Below, piece after piece: positions 18,522 to 28,839 of a stretch of DNA of 64,000 nt (position 1 is the stretch's first letter; every line of letters starts with the position of its first letter). Source of the stretch: Chloroflexota bacterium. GTDB lineage: Bacteria > Chloroflexota > Dormibacteria > Aeolococcales > Aeolococcaceae. The notes under the pieces are model-generated. The model was not told the origin of the DNA and ran no database searches. It was given only the letters and a program-made list of their open reading frames with translations. A program made the position numbers and the translations under genes. The stretch spans positions 6,429-70,428 of the forward strand of contig VBIQ01000024.1 in NCBI GenBank assembly GCA_005880985.1, given 5' to 3'.

Positions 18522-20176
18522 CCGCGACAGCCGTCGGTCCCTTCACGGTCGTCGCCGAGCTCGGCGGGGGGCGCCTTGGTCCGCTCTTCCTCGGCCGCCA
18601 CAGCACGTCAGGTGAGGCAGTCTGTCTGCGTCAGCTGGACCCGGCCTTGCTCGCACATCCGGAAGCCCGCGAGGCGGTCGTCCGTGCGGTGCGTCGCATC
18701 GCGACCACCGAGGCTCCGGGCGTCATCCGAGTCATCGATCTGCTCGAGTCGGGCAACCAGTGGTACCTGGTCAGCGCCCACGTCCCGGGCCCGACGCTGC
18801 GAGACCTGCTCGATCGGTCCCAGGCGCCACGCCTGCACGGCTTCATCGGCGATCCCAGCGCCGCCGCGGTGGTCCTCGGCGACGTCGGCCGAGCCTGCCT
18901 TGCCCTCCACGGTGCCGGCGTGGCTCACGGATCCCTGGGGCCGGCCTCGATCCTCTGCTCCGTCGACGGGGTCGCCCGTCTCGCCGACCCTGCGCTGCTG
19001 GCGATCACCACCGGCACCGCGACCGGGCCAGCCGCGGATGCACGCAGCTGGGGCGACCTCGCTCTTGTCCTGCGGCGGGCCTGGGTTCCGGCCAGAGAGG
19101 GCAGCAACTTCGACCGCGCCGCAGACCGGGCCGAGGCGGGAGACCTCCGGGCCGCAGTCGACACGCTCGACGGTCGCGAGCAGGGGGCGCGAGCGCGACT
19201 CGCCGTGGCGGCATCCGCGTGGGAGGCGACACGCTCGGCCTCGCCGGCGCCGTCCGCCTCGGCGGCAGTTCCCCTGTCCGCGGCAACGTCCGGCTCGGAG
19301 CGACCGACACTGCTCGACATCCCCGGTGCGTCGAGCGCGGCCGACGGCGGTCGTGCAACCGTGATCGAGCCGCCGCCCGCACCGCGGCCGTCGGCAATCC
19401 CGCCACCGCAGCAGACGGTGATCGAACCGCCGGTTCCCGCGCTGCGCGCCTCCGCCAGCGAGACCGTCATCGATCGGCCGCCGCCGAGGGCGGACCCGGT
19501 TGCACCCGCGGCCGGTGCGACCGTCGTCGATCGGCCACCGCCGGTGCCGCCGACAGTGCCACCGCCGGCAGGGTCGCCGCATCGTCTCGGCGCGACCCGG
19601 GCGGCACCTGCCGTGGACCCGCCGCCCACCCGCGCTGCGGGCGGGGTCCGTCCCGGCTCGATGGGTGGCGATGGAAGCGGCACCGCATCCAGTTCCTTGC
19701 TGGTCAGCGACCTCGCCGGTGGCGGCGGACTCCAGCCGGCCTGGCCGGCACCCGCGCCGCGCAGGCGGGAGACGCGCTACCCGCTGCTCATCGGCGCCGC
19801 GGTCGCGGTCGCCGTCATCGTCATCGGTGGTGTCCTGCTGGGCGTCATCCTCCGCCACGGCCAATCGCTGCAGGCCACCGCCGCCCAGGTGCAGATCGCG
19901 ACGCCGCAGGTGGGCTGCAACAGCACCGTCGACGTGGTCGGAGTGATCGGCCTCAACGGCCAGGCGGGAACCGTGGACTACGAGTGGCAGCGCAACGACA
20001 GCACCTCCACCGGAGGCGTGCAGCATCAGACCGTCTCCAGCGGCCAGCAGCAACTGGTCGCGCACCTGTCGTGGTCGCTGTCCGGCCCTGGGACGTTCCA
20101 GGGTCTCGCCACGCTGATCGTCCGCAGTCCCAATGCCCTGGCGCCGGCGCAGGGCAGCTTCCGCTACGTGTGCTGA
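18518..20176 (+). CDS. membrane-anchored Ser/Thr pseudokinase with Pro-rich linker and extracellular beta domain
   Basis: ATGA overlap with the peptidase; kinase fold with VCLR (for VAIK), HGS (for HRD), DPA (for DFG); TM LLIGAAVAVAVIVIGGVLLGVIL. Confidence 0.8.
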   Translation: MTATAVGPFTVVAELGGGRLGPLFLGRHSTSGEAVCLRQLDPALLAHPEAREAVVRAVRRIATTEAPGVIRVIDLLESGNQWYLVSAHVPGPTLRDLLDRSQAPRLHGFIGDPSAAAVVLGDVGRACLALHGAGVAHGSLGPASILCSVDGVARLADPALLAITTGTATGPAADARSWGDLALVLRRAWVPAREGSNFDRAADRAEAGDLRAAVDTLDGREQGARARLAVAASAWEATRSASPAPSASAAVPLSAATSGSERPTLLDIPGASSAADGGRATVIEPPPAPRPSAIPPPQQTVIEPPVPALRASASETVIDRPPPRADPVAPAAGATVVDRPPPVPPTVPPPAGSPHRLGATRAAPAVDPPPTRAAGGVRPGSMGGDGSGTASSSLLVSDLAGGGGLQPAWPAPAPRRRETRYPLLIGAAVAVAVIVIGGVLLGVILRHGQSLQATAAQVQIATPQVGCNSTVDVVGVIGLNGQAGTVDYEWQRNDSTSTGGVQHQTVSSGQQQLVAHLSWSLSGPGTFQGLATLIVRSPNALAPAQGSFRYVC

Positions 20177-20189
20177 CGGAGTCGCATCG

Positions 20190-21164
20190 ATGTCGGAGCG
20201 AGTGCTGCGGGTGGTGGTCGAGCGGATGGCCGCCGACCGCGAGTTCTCCGCCCTGGTCAAGCAGGATCCCGAGAACGCGCTCGGCGACTACGACCTCACC
20301 GACGACGAGCGCGGCACCGTCCTCGGCCTCGGCGCCGACGCGACCGGCCGGGCGCATCGACTGGCGCCGCGGCTGACCAAATCATCGCTGGTCTTCGGCC
20401 ACCTCGGGAGAGGCGTCGACCATCTCGGGGCGGCGCACTCGACGGGAGGTCATGAGGCCCCTCTCGATGTGGGGACCCCGGTGCATGGCGCCGTGGATGT
20501 CGGGCTGACGCCGGCATCGGATGCCGACCAGGTCGGGACCTCGTTCACGCCGCACGGGTCGGGAGTCGACATCTTCGAGGGCGTCCCCGCCGGCTGGTCG
20601 CTCCCCGAGCCCGGCGCTCACGGGGATGCCGGGGTCGCCGGCCTCGGGGGCTCGCCGTGGGAGGCCAGCGCCGGAGTCGACACGGCGTCGATGCCTGCCG
20701 ATGCGGCGTCGCATAACCTTGCGTGGGACGCCATGCCGGCGCATGCAGTGGGCACCGGTGTCGCCACCGACCCCGGTGCGCTGAGCATCGGAGCTCACGG
20801 CGACGCGAGCGGTGGTTGGTCGCCGCCGGGTGGTGGAGGAGACGCGGCGGTCTGGCAGCTCCCCCAGCATGGCGATGGCACCGAGGCCGGGCTCGGCGGC
20901 GGTGGTGTTGCAGGGACCGGAGCGGTCGTGCTCGGTGGCCCCGGCGCCGACGTCGAGCGGATCCCCGGTCTCGGCGAGCTCTTCGCGTCCGGGACTGCTG
21001 TCGGCGAGCTCGCCGGTGGCGTGCCCGTCGATGTTCTCGACACATTCGGGAGCCTCGGCCACAGCGTCGTCGCCAGCATGACCACCGCGATCACCACCTC
21101 GGTCGGCGATGCGTTCTCGGTGGGTGCGGCGCCCATCCGGTACATCGAAGACATCAACTGGTAG
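20190..21164 (+). CDS. NHLP-clan-like leader protein 2 (324 aa), Gly/Ala-rich cargo
   Basis: MSERVLRVVVERMAADREF...YDLTDDER...LAPRLTKSSLVFG. Confidence 0.82.
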   Translation: MSERVLRVVVERMAADREFSALVKQDPENALGDYDLTDDERGTVLGLGADATGRAHRLAPRLTKSSLVFGHLGRGVDHLGAAHSTGGHEAPLDVGTPVHGAVDVGLTPASDADQVGTSFTPHGSGVDIFEGVPAGWSLPEPGAHGDAGVAGLGGSPWEASAGVDTASMPADAASHNLAWDAMPAHAVGTGVATDPGALSIGAHGDASGGWSPPGGGGDAAVWQLPQHGDGTEAGLGGGGVAGTGAVVLGGPGADVERIPGLGELFASGTAVGELAGGVPVDVLDTFGSLGHSVVASMTTAITTSVGDAFSVGAAPIRYIEDINW

Positions 21165-21185
21165 GCGGCTGCAGGGGGAACCGCG

Positions 21186-24100
21186 ATGTCGAGAGACGCA
21201 CTGACCGAGGCGATCGCCAGGATGGCGACCGACGCAGACTTCGCGGAGCGCGTCCGCCATGATCCCGACGTCGCACTCTCCGACTACCCGCTGACCGCGG
21301 AGGAGCGCCGGAGCCTGGCGTCGATGAGCGCCGATGACGCCGGCGGCTCGTCGCCGCTGGGGCAGCGGTTGTCCAAGTCCAGCCTGTTCTTCGGCGCTGC
21401 CGCCGGTGGCGGCGGCGGAGCTGCTGCGCCGGCCGTCGACGATACGGGCTCGGGACGTCCCGACGCGGGCCACGGTGTGGTGCTCGCAGACACCTCGGGA
21501 TCTCCGGGGGGCACCGATGGTCACGGTCATGGTGACGGCGCAGTCGGCGACGGGTCTCACCCTACCGGGGCGCCGATGGATGCCGCCGGACATGCCACCT
21601 CGGTGACGATGGACCTGTACGGCCACCGGCCCCCCGAGGAGATCCCGCCACCGGCCGGCCCCACCGGTCATTCGGTCGCGGCCACCTACGACGCCGACCG
21701 GCACGTCTGGGTCGATGCCGCCACCGGCTCCACCTACGACCCGACCCGCGGCCTTTGGTGGGATCCCAACCGCAGTGTCCACTACGATCCGTGGCACGGG
21801 CTGATCACCGACACTCCGGTTGATTTCGACAAGTTCGTCCACTACGTTCCTGTGCCGCCGGATAGCGGGCCGCTCGGCTCCTCCGTCCACGCCGTCTGGA
21901 GTCCGCACGACGGCGTGTGGATCGACCCATTCACCAACGCCCAGTGGGATGCGGGCCACGGGACCTGGCATGCGCCCTACTCGTCCGACCCCTACCCGTC
22001 GGGGGGCGGAGGCACGCCCGATCCCAAGCCGGCGGCGCAAGATGCCGACGGCACGGTGCACCGCCCTGCGTGGGATCCGGTGCACGGGAGGTGGATCGAC
22101 TACGACCGCGGGACCACGTACAACCCGCAGACCGGCAGCTGGGACCAGGCATTCGAGCGGCCGCCGCTGGGTCCCGACGGGAAGGATGTATCGCCCACAT
22201 GGGCCAACGGTCACTGGACCGACCCGTCGACCGGTGCGCAATACGACTCCCGCTGGCACATCTGGACCAACCTTCCCGGCGGCCACACGTACGATCCGTG
22301 GACCGGCGACCGCGACGTCAGCTCGACGAGCGCTTCCTACTACAACAAGGACGTCCCGGCCACCGACCCCTTCGGGCGTCCGTTCCATCCGGTCTACGAC
22401 CAGGCGACCGGCGACTGGACGGATCCGGTCACCGGCGCCCATTACTCACCGAGCCACCAGTGGGTCTCACCCCTCGACTACCACCGCTTCACGCCCGGTG
22501 AGACGCCGCCCGGCGATCCGCCCGTCGATCCGCAGGGGAGGCACCCGGTGTGGGAGCCGGGGCGAGGTGGTTGGGTTCTGCCGCAGAGCGGTCAGACCTG
22601 GGACCCGGACACCGGGTCGTGGAGCGTGCCGACTCTCGACGCGCCGCCCGCCGGGCCCCACGGCGAGTCCATCGATGCGAGGTGGGACCAGGCGCGAGGC
22701 GTGTTCGTCGACCCGTCGAGCGGTGCGACCTACGATCCGAAGACCGGCGTCTGGGCCGATCCCGGCGGTCAGCGCTGGTACGACCCGTGGAGCGGTAAGA
22801 GCGCCGACCACGCCATCAACGCGGATCCGGCCGACGTGCAGGCGCGGATGCAGGCACCGAATGCCGGTCCTTTCGGCGGTTCGGTCTACCCCAACTGGGA
22901 CCCGGCGACGCACCAGTGGATCGATCCGACGACCGGTGCGCACTGGAACGGTTCCGACTGGGTTGTGCCCGGCAGCGGTCACGTGTACTCCTCCGACGAC
23001 GCGCAGCCGACGAGCGACCCGCCGACGCCGCGCTCGGTCTGGGATCCGTCGACCCAGTCGTGGGTCGAGCCGGTGAGCCAGGTGCCGCCGCCCGATGGTC
23101 CGGCGGGCCCACAGCCCGTGGTCGATGATCCCCACCCGACTGTCACGCTTGGTCCGACCGATACGTACCATTACATCGGCGACGACGGACAGATCCACGT
23201 GCACATCGGAGTCGATGTCAACGATCCGTCGACGTGGCCGCATGGGTGGTGGCCCCCGGGCGTGGATGTCGGCGACTCCTCGACGTGGCCGCAGGGCTGG
23301 GCGCCGCCCGACTCAGCGCAGTCGAGCCTCGATCCCAATGGAATCGAAGGCAGGACTGGCGCGTGGCTCGATGCTCAGGGCAACCTCCACACCTTCGCCG
23401 ACAACCTCGACCCCACCAATCCACACACGTGGCCGTGGGTGCACGCGGACGATCCGACAACATGGCCGCGCGGTTGGATGCCGGAGCAGCCGACCGGCCC
23501 GCACGACCAGACCGTGCCGGACATCCCGACTGATGTTGTCGTGCCGACGTTCGGCGACCCGATGCCAGGTCCGTTCGGCGACTCCATCACACCGATGTGG
23601 GATGACGCGACAGGTCAGTGGGTGGATCCCTACACCGGTGCGCACTTCGATGGCAGCAACTGGACGACGCCGAGCGGCTACGTGCTCACACCCGCGGATG
23701 CGCCGCCGACGCTCAAGCCGTTCACCGGCGACGCGGTGTGGGACCCCCAGCAGCAGGCCTGGGTCGATCCCCGGACCGGGGATCCCCTGCCGCCCGCTCC
23801 AGAGGATGCCGTGATACTGGGCATGGATCAGCCGAGCGGTCTCACGGTCACGCCGCCGTCGGGCCAGGACTGGACCAGCCTGCTTCCGGCACCCGACACG
23901 GCGCCCGGCGGCGATGGCGGAACGTGGCAGAGCCTCCTTGGTCCGGATGGATCGTCGACAGAGACGCCGCCGGTGGACCAGACGCCGCTGGACCAGACGC
24001 CGCTGGATCAGACGCCGCTGGTGGACCAGCCGCAATCCGACCAGCCGCCGCTGGACCAGACGCAATCCGACCAGCCGCCGGTGGACCAGACGCAATCCGA

Positions 24101-24254
24101 CCAGCCGCCGCTGGACCAGACGCAATCCGACCAGCCGCCGCTGGACCAGACGCCGCCGGTGGACCAGACGCAATCCGACCAGCCGCCGGCCGATCAGCAG
24201 ACCACAGACGAGTCACCGTCCGACCAGCAACCGGTCACGCAGTCGGCGAGCTGA
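21186..24254 (+). CDS. NHLP-clan-like leader protein 3 (1022 aa), Trp/Asp/Pro (OCRE-like) repeats
   Basis: MSRDALTEAIARMATDADF...YPLTAEER...LGQRLSKSSLFFG; many WxDPxTGAxYDP units. Confidence 0.88.
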   Translation: MSRDALTEAIARMATDADFAERVRHDPDVALSDYPLTAEERRSLASMSADDAGGSSPLGQRLSKSSLFFGAAAGGGGGAAAPAVDDTGSGRPDAGHGVVLADTSGSPGGTDGHGHGDGAVGDGSHPTGAPMDAAGHATSVTMDLYGHRPPEEIPPPAGPTGHSVAATYDADRHVWVDAATGSTYDPTRGLWWDPNRSVHYDPWHGLITDTPVDFDKFVHYVPVPPDSGPLGSSVHAVWSPHDGVWIDPFTNAQWDAGHGTWHAPYSSDPYPSGGGGTPDPKPAAQDADGTVHRPAWDPVHGRWIDYDRGTTYNPQTGSWDQAFERPPLGPDGKDVSPTWANGHWTDPSTGAQYDSRWHIWTNLPGGHTYDPWTGDRDVSSTSASYYNKDVPATDPFGRPFHPVYDQATGDWTDPVTGAHYSPSHQWVSPLDYHRFTPGETPPGDPPVDPQGRHPVWEPGRGGWVLPQSGQTWDPDTGSWSVPTLDAPPAGPHGESIDARWDQARGVFVDPSSGATYDPKTGVWADPGGQRWYDPWSGKSADHAINADPADVQARMQAPNAGPFGGSVYPNWDPATHQWIDPTTGAHWNGSDWVVPGSGHVYSSDDAQPTSDPPTPRSVWDPSTQSWVEPVSQVPPPDGPAGPQPVVDDPHPTVTLGPTDTYHYIGDDGQIHVHIGVDVNDPSTWPHGWWPPGVDVGDSSTWPQGWAPPDSAQSSLDPNGIEGRTGAWLDAQGNLHTFADNLDPTNPHTWPWVHADDPTTWPRGWMPEQPTGPHDQTVPDIPTDVVVPTFGDPMPGPFGDSITPMWDDATGQWVDPYTGAHFDGSNWTTPSGYVLTPADAPPTLKPFTGDAVWDPQQQAWVDPRTGDPLPPAPEDAVILGMDQPSGLTVTPPSGQDWTSLLPAPDTAPGGDGGTWQSLLGPDGSSTETPPVDQTPLDQTPLDQTPLVDQPQSDQPPLDQTQSDQPPVDQTQSDQPPLDQTQSDQPPLDQTPPVDQTQSDQPPADQQTTDESPSDQQPVTQSAS
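23960..24200 (+). repeat. 15/30-bp tandem repeats encoding DQTQSDQPPL
   Basis: gaccagacgcaatccgaccagccgccg repeated. Confidence 0.9.
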
Positions 24255-24291
24255 TGGATGGGCACACCGTGTCGGTAGAAGAGGGGGTCTC

Positions 24292-26520
24292 ATGTCGAAT
24301 CGAGGCTTGACTGATGCCCTCGCCCGGATGGCCTCAGACGACGCCTTCGTGCAGGCGGTGCGAACAAACGCAGAGGAGGCCCTGGCCGGGTACGAGCTCA
24401 CCGACGATGAGCGGCGCTCTCTCGCCGCGGTGAGGACGGAGGCGGCGGGTCGCGGGCCGTCGTCGTTGGGCCAGCGCCTGTCGAAGTCCGGCCTGTTCGG
24501 GATGAGCGGTGGCGGGGGAGGGACTGAGGCACTGCCCGCGCCGCCCGATTCCCTCGAGGCGGATGGCCAACTGGGCGGCGACCTCGCCCCGCCGCCAGAC
24601 ATCGCGGTCGATCAGATGCCAGACCAATCCGACGGTCCGTGGCAGAGCCTGCTTGCCGCCGGCACGGAGATGGACACCACCGTGGTCCAGCCCGTGGACG
24701 GAGGCGATCAGGGGATGGTCAACGTCTCATCGCCCGATGCGACGGCGACCGACCAGTCGATGGACGCGACCTCGACCGACACCACCGACAGGACGGCGAC
24801 TGATCAGCAGCTGTCGGGCGCTGCGCCTGACGGCCAGCCGACTGATCAGTCGCCCACCGACCAATCGCCCGTCCAGGCGGGATCGGATCCGGGGCAGGCA
24901 GCCGGGGCGCAGCCCACGACCGACGCAGCAGGTGCACCCGATGGTGCCCCGAACGCGCCGTCATACGGACCTGACGGCACGTGGATCCACGCCGAGTACG
25001 ACCCCCAGTCGGGTGAGTGGGTCGACCCGGTCACGGGCGCGCACTACAACGCAGCGACGCAGACCTGGTATGAGCAGGCGACTGGCCAGGCGTACCAACC
25101 GCCCGACACCGACCCTCCCACCTACGGTCCCGACGGTCGCTTCGCACACCCCCGGTATGACTTCGGACAGCACCAGTGGATCGATCAGGACACAGGGGCG
25201 CGTTACGACACCGCGAGTCAGCAGTGGCTCGACCCCACGACAGGGACGCCGCTGCAGGGACCGACAGGTGACCCACCAATGGGCGGACCGGACGGTCATC
25301 CGGTGCATCCGACGTACGACTTCGGCGCCAAGGCCTGGACCGATCCCGCCACCGGCGCGCTCTGGGACCCTGACAAGCAGGCGTGGGTCGACCCGTTCAG
25401 TGGCAACGCGTACCCGCCGGACTACAGCGGTCCCGCCTACGAACGGCCGACGAGCGATCCGTTCGGTACCGAGTATGCGGGCCTGCCGAACAATGTGACC
25501 TACGACCCCGCTCGCAACGCGTGGGTCGACCCGATGACCGGCGCGCTCTACGACCCCAACAACAACCAGTGGTACAGCCCGTGGGACCGGCATCCCTTCG
25601 AGCCGAGCGACCCGATGCCCTCGACCATGCCACCGGGTTTCGATCCCTTCGGTCAGCCCGTGCACGCCGTGTGGGACCCATCCGGCGACACTTGGGTCGA
25701 TCCCACAACGGGCGCGCGTTTCGACCAATCGACCGGGACGTGGTCGGACCCGCTGACCCAGCACGTGTACACCGGCGCTGAGCATCGCCCGCCGGCTCCG
25801 GTTGTGCTCCAGCCGCCAGACGAGTTGCGTCACGAATACGGCTCCCACGCCATCACCTTCGGTGGACCGCCCACGGCTGGTCCGCTGGGCGACGGCATTC
25901 CCGCGGCATGGGATCCCGTTCTCGGCCAGTACTACGACCCGACGACCGGCCTCCACTCCGTCAACGGAACCTGGTACTCGCCGGCCAGCGATCAACCGTC
26001 GGAAGCGACCTTCAGGCCGGGGATTTCACCGCCACCGGCCGAGCAACCCACCGACACCCCCAGCGGTTCACACGCGGTGTACGACCCGTACTCGCAGCAG
26101 TGGCGCGACCCGGTGACCAAAGCGTGGTACAGCGCGAAGGGAGACTTCTGGTTCGACCCGGCGCCCGGGCAGGTGCACGATGCGGGTGACTTCCGACCCA
26201 GCGCCCCGCCGCCGGACACCGGTCCGACGGGAGATCCGGTGAAGCCCACCTGGGACTTCCGCCACAACGAGTATGTCGATCCAGCCTCGGGCCGCGTCTA
26301 CTCGGCTGAGCGCGGCTTCTGGTATCGGGCGCTGCCCGCCTCCGACTCGCCGAACTGGGAGCACCCGGGCTCGCCGCCTCCGGCCAGCGGGCCGACGGGG
26401 AAAGCAACCGATCCCGTCTGGGATCGGGAGAACGCCGAGTGGCTCGATCAGTCGACTGGCGCCAGGTACGACCCTCTGCTGGGGACCTGGTCGCAGGGCG
26501 CAGGGGCTGGCGCCCCATGA
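24292..26520 (+). CDS. NHLP-clan-like leader protein 4 (742 aa), acidic linker + WxDP repeats
   Basis: GAGGGGG RBS; MSNRGLTDALARMASDDAF...YELTDDER...LGQRLSKSGLFG. Confidence 0.88.
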   Translation: MSNRGLTDALARMASDDAFVQAVRTNAEEALAGYELTDDERRSLAAVRTEAAGRGPSSLGQRLSKSGLFGMSGGGGGTEALPAPPDSLEADGQLGGDLAPPPDIAVDQMPDQSDGPWQSLLAAGTEMDTTVVQPVDGGDQGMVNVSSPDATATDQSMDATSTDTTDRTATDQQLSGAAPDGQPTDQSPTDQSPVQAGSDPGQAAGAQPTTDAAGAPDGAPNAPSYGPDGTWIHAEYDPQSGEWVDPVTGAHYNAATQTWYEQATGQAYQPPDTDPPTYGPDGRFAHPRYDFGQHQWIDQDTGARYDTASQQWLDPTTGTPLQGPTGDPPMGGPDGHPVHPTYDFGAKAWTDPATGALWDPDKQAWVDPFSGNAYPPDYSGPAYERPTSDPFGTEYAGLPNNVTYDPARNAWVDPMTGALYDPNNNQWYSPWDRHPFEPSDPMPSTMPPGFDPFGQPVHAVWDPSGDTWVDPTTGARFDQSTGTWSDPLTQHVYTGAEHRPPAPVVLQPPDELRHEYGSHAITFGGPPTAGPLGDGIPAAWDPVLGQYYDPTTGLHSVNGTWYSPASDQPSEATFRPGISPPPAEQPTDTPSGSHAVYDPYSQQWRDPVTKAWYSAKGDFWFDPAPGQVHDAGDFRPSAPPPDTGPTGDPVKPTWDFRHNEYVDPASGRVYSAERGFWYRALPASDSPNWEHPGSPPPASGPTGKATDPVWDRENAEWLDQSTGARYDPLLGTWSQGAGAGAP

Positions 26521-26542
26521 GGTCGGTACAAGAGAGGACGTC

Positions 26543-28729
26543 ATGTCGAATCAGAGTGTGAGCGATGCCCTAGCCAGGATGGCTTCGGACGAGACGTTTG
26601 CGCAGGCTGTGCGCAAGAACGCCAGGAAGGCTCTGGCCGGCTACGACCTTACCGACGATGAGCAGCGCGCTCTGGCGACGATGACGACAGAGGCTGCCGG
26701 TCGAGCGCCGTCCGCGCTTGGCCAGCGCCTGTCGAAGTCCAGCCTCTTTGGGATGAGCGGCGCTGGTGCGGGAGCGGCCACACCCTCCGCAGACCCCGGT
26801 GTCGTCGGAGACGATGCGCAACCCGGCGGTGACGGATCGACCGCGGGAGGAAACGGCGAGGCGGGTGTCGACGACCAGACTGTCGACTCCGCCCCGATCG
26901 TGCCGGTCGATGCCAGCATGGTCGACGCTCCCACCAGCGATATGGCCGACGCAGCGAATACGGGAACGGTCGGCGACGGTGGCGGGAGCGAGTGGACGAG
27001 TCTGATCGACACCTCATCCGGCGACACCGGCAATGGTGGCGGCACTGGCGGCGACGTGAGCGCGGCTGGAACTGTGGTTGCCGATCCCAGCACGGCCGAC
27101 GTCGACCCGTCAACCGGCGGGTCTGTCGTCGGCGGCGATGTTATGCAGTCTCCGGACGGCCCTGTCGGTCAGACATCCGCCCAAACCGATGACCCGTGGC
27201 AGAGCCTGCTTCACATTGGCTCAGCACCCGATGCGACGGCGCCCGGCCAGTCCGGGGACGCGACGTCGACCGATGCCACGTCGACCGACACCACGTCGAC
27301 TGACACCACATCGATCGATCCGCAGACGGGCCAGCCCGCGGACCTGACGCCGACCGACGGCACTGCCTTGTCCTCGGACCGGGACGGCGCCGTCGATCCG
27401 TCGACGGCGAGTGTGCCTGTGGGCAGTACGGCGGCCTCTACGGATGCCACGGGGACGGACAAGCAGCCCCTGGAGGCAGCGTCCACGGCTCAACCAGTCG
27501 ACGGAGCGCCGACGCACGGAACGGGTACCACTGACGCCACAGGTCACACCGACACCATAGGGAACACGCTGACGGATCAGCAGACGCAGGACGGTGGGGG
27601 TGGCGGACAGCAACCGACCGATCAGCAGTCGACCGATCAGCAGTCGACCGATCAGGCCTCCTCAACCACCCAGACCAACCCCGACGGGACGAGCACCACG
27701 TCGTGGACCGACTCGCAGGGCAACAAATGGGACGTCCATTTCGGGACCGACAACAACCAGTCCAGCTACACGGTGACCCATCCCGACGGTTCGGTCGAAC
27801 AGCACAAGCCGGACGGAACGTGGTTGTCCACGACGGTTCCGCATCCCGACGGTTCGGGTCCCGCGGCATCGCTTCCGAACTCGCACAGCACCCCGGTGTG
27901 GGATGCCACGACCCACGGGTGGCGTGACTCGTACACCGGGCTGACATCGTCGGATGGGACTCACTGGCATAGTGACTATATGGACAACAAGCACAGCGAG
28001 GATGTCACTTCAGTTTCCGACAAGCCAACGACGGATTCGCTAGGGAAACAGGGATCGGTGTCGTACCATGCCGCGCTGAATCAGTGGGTTGACTATCAGA
28101 CAAACGCCCATTGGGACGACAAGGCACAGCATTGGATGATCTCCACAACAGCCCATCCCGGTGGCGAACCGGTTCAGGACAGGCCTCAGGCCGATCCGTA
28201 TGGTCACGCAGGCGGATCTGTAACCTACAACCAGTCCGCCAACAGCTGGTATGATCCCAATGCTCGTGCGTATTGGGACGACAAGACGCATCAGTGGCTC
28301 AGTTCGGACGATGCGACTCACGGACAGCCGTTTGTCGTCAACAAGGCGCCGATGCCCGCGGCGAATCCGGACGGGACCATCTTCGGCTCGTACCATGTCA
28401 GCCACTACGACGCCAAGTCCGGTGAGTGGGTCGACGACTGGACTGGCGCGCACTACCACAACCAGGGCGGCAGTTGGTATGACCCCGGAACCAAGCACCT
28501 CTACACGCCGGGCCAGTTGGAGCGTGACAAATACCCTGAGCTGCCTGACAAGTATGCGCCGGGTGGGCCGGGTGGAAGTACGGGGGATGGCTGGCACGCG
28601 GTCTACGACCCCTACAACAAGCAATGGTACGACCCAACGACTCACGCCACGTGGGATCCGTCTAAGCATGTCTGGAACGATCCGCCGGCAAAGCCGGCAC
28701 CCGCCTCACCGGGTGACGTTCGCCCATGA
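26543..28729 (+). CDS. NHLP-clan-like leader protein 5 (728 aa), acidic linker + divergent W/Y repeats
   Basis: GAGAGG RBS; MSNQSVSDALARMASDETF...YDLTDDEQ...LGQRLSKSSLFG. Confidence 0.88.
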   Translation: MSNQSVSDALARMASDETFAQAVRKNARKALAGYDLTDDEQRALATMTTEAAGRAPSALGQRLSKSSLFGMSGAGAGAATPSADPGVVGDDAQPGGDGSTAGGNGEAGVDDQTVDSAPIVPVDASMVDAPTSDMADAANTGTVGDGGGSEWTSLIDTSSGDTGNGGGTGGDVSAAGTVVADPSTADVDPSTGGSVVGGDVMQSPDGPVGQTSAQTDDPWQSLLHIGSAPDATAPGQSGDATSTDATSTDTTSTDTTSIDPQTGQPADLTPTDGTALSSDRDGAVDPSTASVPVGSTAASTDATGTDKQPLEAASTAQPVDGAPTHGTGTTDATGHTDTIGNTLTDQQTQDGGGGGQQPTDQQSTDQQSTDQASSTTQTNPDGTSTTSWTDSQGNKWDVHFGTDNNQSSYTVTHPDGSVEQHKPDGTWLSTTVPHPDGSGPAASLPNSHSTPVWDATTHGWRDSYTGLTSSDGTHWHSDYMDNKHSEDVTSVSDKPTTDSLGKQGSVSYHAALNQWVDYQTNAHWDDKAQHWMISTTAHPGGEPVQDRPQADPYGHAGGSVTYNQSANSWYDPNARAYWDDKTHQWLSSDDATHGQPFVVNKAPMPAANPDGTIFGSYHVSHYDAKSGEWVDDWTGAHYHNQGGSWYDPGTKHLYTPGQLERDKYPELPDKYAPGGPGGSTGDGWHAVYDPYNKQWYDPTTHATWDPSKHVWNDPPAKPAPASPGDVRP

Positions 28730-28839
28730 CGGTGAGGCGTGATCGCATCGTCGATACGGTGCCTGTCGTGATACCCGAGCTCGCTGGGCCCAGAGGCTGG
28801 CACCCGCGACCACAGGGCCGGTAGAAAGAGGGGGACGTC

